The notes under the pieces were generated by a model that saw only the letters and a list, made by a program, of their open reading frames with translations, did no database searches and had not been told where the DNA came from. Below, in pieces: positions 57,945-64,000 of a DNA stretch of 64,000 nt. Each line of letters opens with the position of its first letter. Positions within the stretch are counted from its first letter, which is position 1. Origin of the DNA: Mayamaea pseudoterrestris (taxonomy: Eukaryota); assembly GCA_027923505.1 (NCBI GenBank), contig BROI01000008.1, positions 620,001-684,000 on the forward strand, read 5' to 3'. The translations under genes and the position numbers were made by a program.

Positions 57945-59777
57945 TCACAACTGGTTCATTGCATGACGAAGCGTGTTCGCGTATTCTGCGACTGACTCCT
58001 GCTGTCTTGCGTCTGCATCGTTCAATGTTTGTTGATAAGATTCATGGGTATGCCACAAGTCAATGGCGGCGTATCTTATTAAGTACAGCCCTTCATCGGG
58101 CAGCGCGACGCGGTTGTGCTTAAGCAGTTGATACATGTATTCTGGACCTGTCCATGTAAGCGCATCAGTCTCCAAACCGCAATGTCGACTATACGTGTCG
58201 CTAGGAGAGTCACAACAGCCGTCAAAGTAGTCTTTATCACGCAAGTGATAGTCATTGTCAGCTTCAATATCTGTTTCGTGGCATCCAACCGCGCGTGTTC
58301 GGCAGGGAAGAGTCCAATCATGCTCGCATTCCTCAGACATGCGAGTATCAGCATCCACCAATTTTATCACATGTCCCAAGCTATATATAAGCGCAGTCAA
58401 TTGGACCCAGTCTGGATATCCGATCGCTCGAAAGCACTCTGCGGTGCGAAAGCATAGAGTCCGGAGCGAAAGCGGATGATGCCTATCGGCAAAAGCATTT
58501 GTCGTAAAAGGTAAAGCGGGCAAGTATTTAGCGAGATCGAGACTTGTTCGAATATCCATGCTTGCAGTAGTGAACGGCAAGTAACGCTTACGTAATGACG
58601 TAACACGCGAGATTGTCTGAGTCGCTCGTAACATTCGATAAAGTTGATTGCGCGGGGACTCATAAGTGCAGGTCAAGCTGAACGGTTTTATCTTGTCTGT
58701 CCGCCAAAACACTGGTAATTTGGACAGCAAGAGTAGTTGGGAGGATGGAGTACAACACAAGAACAAGTCATGATACGATAAAATCATCCAGAGTCCATCT
58801 GGTGCCTTTTCGTCGGTGGCGTTGATGTATGTACTGTCGCCATGCACCTTGACAAGCCGGAACTGCGACGACTTTTCAAGAGAACTAATAACATCACCGG
58901 AGATGATGACACTTTCATCAATTGAACTCGCTCGCACAACACCACCTCGAGTCGATAGAAATGCAATGGTACCGTTGCCATTATCTACCACAACCCATCC
59001 TGCCCTCTTCTTTTCGGCCAAAGAAAACGACACGCTTTCGTCATTATAGTCAAACAGTCGAACAGGAGCAAAACGAATCTTTTGATTGAGTAAACAACTG
59101 CTTAAGCGTGCCCTTGATGAAGTCGCATGCAGTCGCATGCCTAGCCTGCGATAAATGACACCGTCGTTATCATGTAGATATTGAACTTTGGCATTTGTGT
59201 TCAAGTCGCATCCCAATGACTGGTAAAAGTTCACAAGTTTGTTGTGCCTTTGCAAGTCTTCCTCGACCTCGAAGTCGCAGTGAAGCGAAAGCTTGGAGGT
59301 AGCAATCGACTCGCCGTCATCAGTCAAACCTTCCACTACATATCGATGACATAGAGAACGCACCGCTTCGTGGAATAGCAAGCCACCAAGATCATATCCT
59401 CGATATTCCGCTTGAACGTGAAGAACGTGTATCTTGGCCAATATCGACAGCGTATTGAAAGATTCATCGACGGATAAAACCGAAAATATGACTTTTGCAA
59501 TCGCCCCCGGCTTGTCCGACCGAAACAAGAGAATCCGTTCTTCTCCGACATGTTTCGCACATGAACCTCCAACTCGATGCTCCAAATGAAGAGTGAATGA
59601 ACCTGTTGCCGAGTTGAACAAGTGTTCAATGCATCTTTCGTTTGTACTGATTGAATTTCCCCCGATGGGAATATGACACCCTGTATCCAGATACCGCGTT
59701 CGTTTGGAGAGACGCGACTTCAGTGGCTGAGACTGCTCCTCAAGGCCTTTTGGTTTCGATATTACCGGTAGGTCCAT
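57945..59777 (-). CDS. GNAT acetyltransferase / beta-trefoil-like / degenerate myo-inositol oxygenase fusion protein
   Basis: GNAT motif A LHVQAEYRGYDLGGLL and KLVNFYQSLG; MIOX-like C-terminus QT...V..LR..Y, RTAE.FR..GYPDWVQLTALI, VGC, YSRHCGL, W...EYMY, LPDEGLYLIRY, WH....Y.....D. Confidence 0.78.
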   Translation of the reverse strand: MDLPVISKPKGLEEQSQPLKSRLSKRTRYLDTGCHIPIGGNSISTNERCIEHLFNSATGSFTLHLEHRVGGSCAKHVGEERILLFRSDKPGAIAKVIFSVLSVDESFNTLSILAKIHVLHVQAEYRGYDLGGLLFHEAVRSLCHRYVVEGLTDDGESIATSKLSLHCDFEVEEDLQRHNKLVNFYQSLGCDLNTNAKVQYLHDNDGVIYRRLGMRLHATSSRARLSSCLLNQKIRFAPVRLFDYNDESVSFSLAEKKRAGWVVVDNGNGTIAFLSTRGGVVRASSIDESVIISGDVISSLEKSSQFRLVKVHGDSTYINATDEKAPDGLWMILSYHDLFLCCTPSSQLLLLSKLPVFWRTDKIKPFSLTCTYESPRNQLYRMLRATQTISRVTSLRKRYLPFTTASMDIRTSLDLAKYLPALPFTTNAFADRHHPLSLRTLCFRTAECFRAIGYPDWVQLTALIYSLGHVIKLVDADTRMSEECEHDWTLPCRTRAVGCHETDIEADNDYHLRDKDYFDGCCDSPSDTYSRHCGLETDALTWTGPEYMYQLLKHNRVALPDEGLYLIRYAAIDLWHTHESYQQTLNDADARQQESVAEYANTLRHAMNQL

Positions 59778-60056
59778 GGCGAAGTCACCTTAACTGCAAG
59801 GCTGATGCGTTTTCTGTGCATTTGCCATCGAACAAGCTTGACGCGCAAACGAATCAATTTAAATGTCGCTTCGGTACCCACTGAGAAGCCGCGTCACGGA
59901 TCTTTGTGACATGCTTTGCGCGGCATTTCGAATCCTTTCCGCTTCCAGCCACCCATCAAATCCACAGGGACAGTGAGATTCATTTCATTTGCTTCCGTTG
60001 GCTAGATTATTCATTGCTGCAAAGAGGAATCTAATTACTTTACACACAAGACGAAA

Positions 60057-62668
60057 ATGCTCTGTCGACTATCTGTCAGTACTCGTGGCGTTGCGCCAAG
60101 ACTTGCGACACGAGGAATTCGCAATCCGTCAACCTCCGGCATCGTTCGCCTCTCCGTCGCGACGCATACATCTTCCCTCATTGTCAACGACAGCAGCTCT
60201 GTGAACCATTTCGCCAGCCATCGTTTGTTTTCAACGGCTTCTGTAGTTTCGGATGCCGGCAAATCGGCACCCAGCAGCATTGCCAAGAACGATTCGCTGC
60301 CACCAGCCGCCACCAAGACTCCCTTTGTTCCATCTGCCGATCGAAAGTACGAGTTTTTTACCAATGTTGAAATCACCGACACTGGTGTTGCAGTCATCAA
60401 GTTTGACAATAAGACCAAGCCAGTCAACACTATAAGTTTCGCACTCAGCAAGGAAGCCCAACAGCTTTGGAAGAATGAGATCCAAAGTAACTCCAGCGTC
60501 AAGGCAGTTGTCTTTACGTCCGCCAAACCAGGCATGTTCATTGCTGGCGCTGACATTTATGACATTAAGTCGCTCGACAACAAGCAAGACGTTATTCCGG
60601 TCATTGAAGAAGGTCTTGAATTTTTCCAAAACATGAAGAAAAAGGGTGTTCCACTTGTGGCTGCCATTGACGGACCCGCCATGGGTGGTGGATTGGAATG
60701 GGCGCTTTGGTGCGACTATCGGATTTGTACGGATAGCAGCAAGACCAAGCTGTCGCTACCAGAAGTTAAACTTGGCTTATTGCCTGGTTTTGGTGGAACG
60801 CAAAACTTGCCGGCACTCATTGGCTTGCAGAATGCCATGGATATGATGCTCACTGGCAAGGAGATTCGACCAGACAAGGCCAAGAAGATGGGGCTGGTCG
60901 ACCTTGTCGTGGCGCCGCAGTCTCTACAACAAGTTGCGATCGACTGCGCCGAGCAGCTTGCGAATGGAACACTCAAGCCAAAGCGCAAGCCAAAATCGCT
61001 CCCAAATCGTCTTTTGGAAGATAACAAGATTGGACAGTATATTATTTGGAACCAAATAGATAAGATGGTACAGAAAATGACCGCGGGGAAGTATCCAGCG
61101 CCATTCGCCATAATTGATTGCGTCAAGTATGGATTGGAGCACCCTAAGGGCAATGCAAAGTTCAAGCATGAACGTGAGCAGTTTGCCAAGTTGGCAGCCA
61201 CGCCAGAATCTGAGAGCTTGATTGGAATTTTTGACGGCATGACCAAAATGAAAAAGCATCAATTTGGGGATGTGGCGCTTCCCGTCAAGACGGTTGCTGT
61301 CACGGGCGCTGGCCTCATGGGTGCAGGGATTGCGCAAGTTTCGGCGGAAAAGGGTTTTCACGTTTTGCTAAAGGATCGCAACGATGAAGCGGTTGGTCGC
61401 GGACAATCGTATATTCGTGACAATTGGCAAAAGAAGCTTTCTCGCAAGCGGATGACGCAGTACTCGTTTAATACGAACATGTCGAATGTTACGCCATTGA
61501 CAGACACGAACCCTGTCTGGCAAAAGCATTTTAGTCGATGCGATGTTGTCGTTGAGGCAGTATTTGAGGACCTATCGCTTAAGAAAAAGATTGTTGCTGA
61601 TGTGGAGTCTCTTACGCCTGACCATTGCATTTTTGCGACGAATGTAAGTCCGAAGTATTTTTGGTGTTATCTTCTTCGACGGTGCGGAATATTTTGACGT
61701 AATTTTTGTTTTGTTTTGCGCATACTAGACATCCGCAATTCCAATACGCGACATTGCTGAAGGCGCTAAGCGACCGGAGAACATTATTGGCATGCATTAC
61801 TTTAGCCCAGTTCCTTCAATGCCTCTACTTGAGATTATCCCTCATGAGGGAACTAGCGACGTAGCAAAGGCGACCGCTTTTGAAGTTGGAACAAAGCAGG
61901 GCAAGACATGTATCATTGTCAAAGACGTTCCTGGTTTCTACGTGAATAGGTGCCTTGGTCCATATCTGGTGGAAGTCTCGGCGCTTGTTCGCGACGGTGT
62001 TACTCTAGAGAAGCTAGACAAGGCGCTGACTAACTTTGGGATGCCCGTTGGACCAATTACCCTTGCCGATGAAGTTGGAATCGATGTCACATCGCACGTA
62101 GCTACATTTCTTTCCAACGCAGACCTTGGCGCACGTATGAGTGGTGGCGACGTCAGCTTGATGAGACACATGGTAGAGAAAGGATGGTTGGGCAAAAAGA
62201 CTGGCCAGGGATTCTACACCCACAAGGGTAAGAAGAAGGAGATCAATAGCGAGGTGCAAGCCTTCGTGAAATCTTTTGTTGCACAGGATCGCAAGCTCGA
62301 TGAGAAAGAAATTCAAGACCGCATCATATCACGGTGAGTTTATTGAATATCTCAGCATGTTGCTTTGACGGTTTGCTAATTCCCGCCTCGTTCATTGCGC
62401 TCTCCCACTCGTTAGCTTTGTAAACGAGGCGGTCAAATGTCTCGAGGACGAGATTATTGAAGATCCAGTGGTTGGTGACATAGGATTGGTTTTTGGAACT
62501 GGGTTTGCTCCATTCCGAGGTGGTCCTTTTAGATATTTGGACCAAGTCGGCGTTGCAGGCTACGTCGAAATGATGATGCGCTTCACGGACAGGTACGGCG
62601 CACAATTCGAGCCTTGTGACATGATGAAGGATTATGCGCGTTCAAACAAGAAGTTTCACAGCAAATAA
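60057..62668 (+). CDS. HADHA: Mitochondrial trifunctional beta-oxidation enzyme alpha subunit (exons 60057-61643, 61729-62333, 62416-62668)
   Basis: Presequence; FIAGADI, GGGLEWAL, LPEVKLGLLPGFGGTQ, GAGLMGAGIA, VEAVFED, ATNTSAIP, GMHYFSP, PGFYVNR, FGMPVGP, FGTGFAPFRGGPF; two introns. Confidence 0.97.
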
Positions 62669-62696
62669 AAAGGAGTAATTAATATATTACGTTTCA

Positions 62697-64000
62697 TTAG
62701 AGGCCAGTGTACGGCCATTCTTTTCTAGGAACTCGTCTAGACCAATTCGCATCGAAATCTACCGACACCAAGCGACTTTTTCCAAGTGCATTGATCACTC
62801 CCTGGGATACAGCGCCAGCGGTTTTGCATCGGTCAAACACTGAGGCCAACAGTCTTTCCTTTTGGTGTTCTCTGGCTTGCTTCATAATGACAAGTACGAG
62901 GAGCGAATAGCTTATGTGATTATATTCACCAAACTCCTGCATACGAAACATTTTTAGCGCTTTGGTCAACGAATAATGCTTCTCTCTGTCCGTCTCGCGA
63001 GTTTGCAAGCAAGCTTTCATGAGAACAGAAAACGTAAATTGGTCCGGTTTTAACTTAGCCTCCCCTGCTCGGTATCGCTTTAACATTTCTTCCAGCAATT
63101 TAGATACTCCCTGCAATGAATCTGGACGTTGACTTCGTGACCATGCGTCCATTGCGATTGTAAACGAAAGCCTATCTGGCTTTACTGACGAACGTTCTGG
63201 CCGCTCCGCCAGGTCGTCCATTCTTGTCAGCAAACTTTCGGCATCTTCAGGACGGCAGCATCGCGCGAGAGAACTTAGTACTGTGTTGTATTCAATGACA
63301 GAAGGAACGAGAGGGCTCTCTGTATCCCCGACATTTTCAATCGTCTCGAGCAGTGCCAATGCTTGATCAGCCATTCCCTTCTTCTGCAAAGCATCCAACA
63401 GAGCAGAGTAACCTATCATGTCTATGTTGCAAAACGATTTCATTCTTCGCAGTGCCAAAAAAGCCTTCTCAACTGAATCGGGACGACGAGTCGCTCTGGC
63501 CCAAGCCGAGACTACCGCATTACCGCAATATGTATCGGGCTTAAAATCCGCATCGCCTGTTTCATTGTATAATTTGATCAAACGCCGCAATAGAATTTCC
63601 GCTCGTTCCGGAGCGTCATTTTGCTGGGTATTGGCCCATGCCGCGATACAATTTGTAAATGCGAGTATGTTTGGTTTGATCGTACTTCCATCCTGGTATA
63701 GACGTAGCATTTGGTTTAAGATCGATTCAGCGCGTCGTGCCGCATCTCCGGTTCGCTCAATTTTTTCGCATTGCGCCCATGCACTTAGTACCATTGTGTA
63801 TGTCCGAGTATTTGGAGCGATTTTGGCAAATGTAGCCTTCTCATTCATCATTGTCATCGTGCGGAGAATTCCTTCTGCATTAGTTGCAGCCTCGCGACCT
63901 CGGCTACTGCGAGACCATGCGGCAATGCACGTGTTAAAAGCAGCAGCATCCAGTCGTATATGCGTAAACCGGCCATCTTGCAAGCGTTTGGATTCGACAA
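62697..64000 (-). CDS. Pentatricopeptide repeat (PPR) protein, 5' end outside the window
   Basis: Repeated ~35-40 aa units such as PNTRTYTMVLSAWA, PNILAFTNCIAAWA, PDRLSFTIAMDAWS, PDQFTFSVLMKAC; frame open to the window edge. Confidence 0.92.
   Translation of the reverse strand, partial: VESKRLQDGRFTHIRLDAAAFNTCIAAWSRSSRGREAATNAEGILRTMTMMNEKATFAKIAPNTRTYTMVLSAWAQCEKIERTGDAARRAESILNQMLRLYQDGSTIKPNILAFTNCIAAWANTQQNDAPERAEILLRRLIKLYNETGDADFKPDTYCGNAVVSAWARATRRPDSVEKAFLALRRMKSFCNIDMIGYSALLDALQKKGMADQALALLETIENVGDTESPLVPSVIEYNTVLSSLARCCRPEDAESLLTRMDDLAERPERSSVKPDRLSFTIAMDAWSRSQRPDSLQGVSKLLEEMLKRYRAGEAKLKPDQFTFSVLMKACLQTRETDREKHYSLTKALKMFRMQEFGEYNHISYSLLVLVIMKQAREHQKERLLASVFDRCKTAGAVSQGVINALGKSRLVSVDFDANWSRRVPRKEWPYTGL

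Noticed and set aside
60035..61630. Long antisense ORFs over HADHA, and similar ones over other genes
   Set aside because: These are shadow ORFs expected from codon bias opposite conserved coding sequence; they contain no motifs.

Overview
Gene-dense eukaryotic nuclear DNA, almost certainly from a diatom. The evidence is a silicanin-type gene, FEA1-domain genes, a GH16 KRE6/TGS gene, a bipartite plastid presequence and short GT-AG introns of mostly 68-110 nt. I annotate 33 protein-coding genes and place 32 introns by hand, so several entries in the ORF track are exons of one gene. Housekeeping genes: SAR1, VDAC, RRP41, CAP-D3, BMT2, CTF18, phage-type organellar RNA polymerase, dynein LC8, Sec1, HADHA and a partial PPR gene. 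I found no supportable tRNA, rRNA, CRISPR array or transposon. Most interesting: (1) a GNAT + beta-trefoil-like + myo-inositol-oxygenase fusion whose di-iron ligands appear lost; (2) a voltage-sensor/IQ-motif adenylyl cyclase lacking the catalytic Asn/Arg pair; (3) a clear homologue of the vertebrate queuosine-tRNA galactosyltransferase QTGAL; (4) silicanin head-to-head with a beta-glucan transglycosylase; (5) a tandem FEA1-like pair (four introns versus none) with RXL motifs; (6) recurring promoter and 3'-end motifs. All family assignments come from motif recognition by eye; no database search was run.
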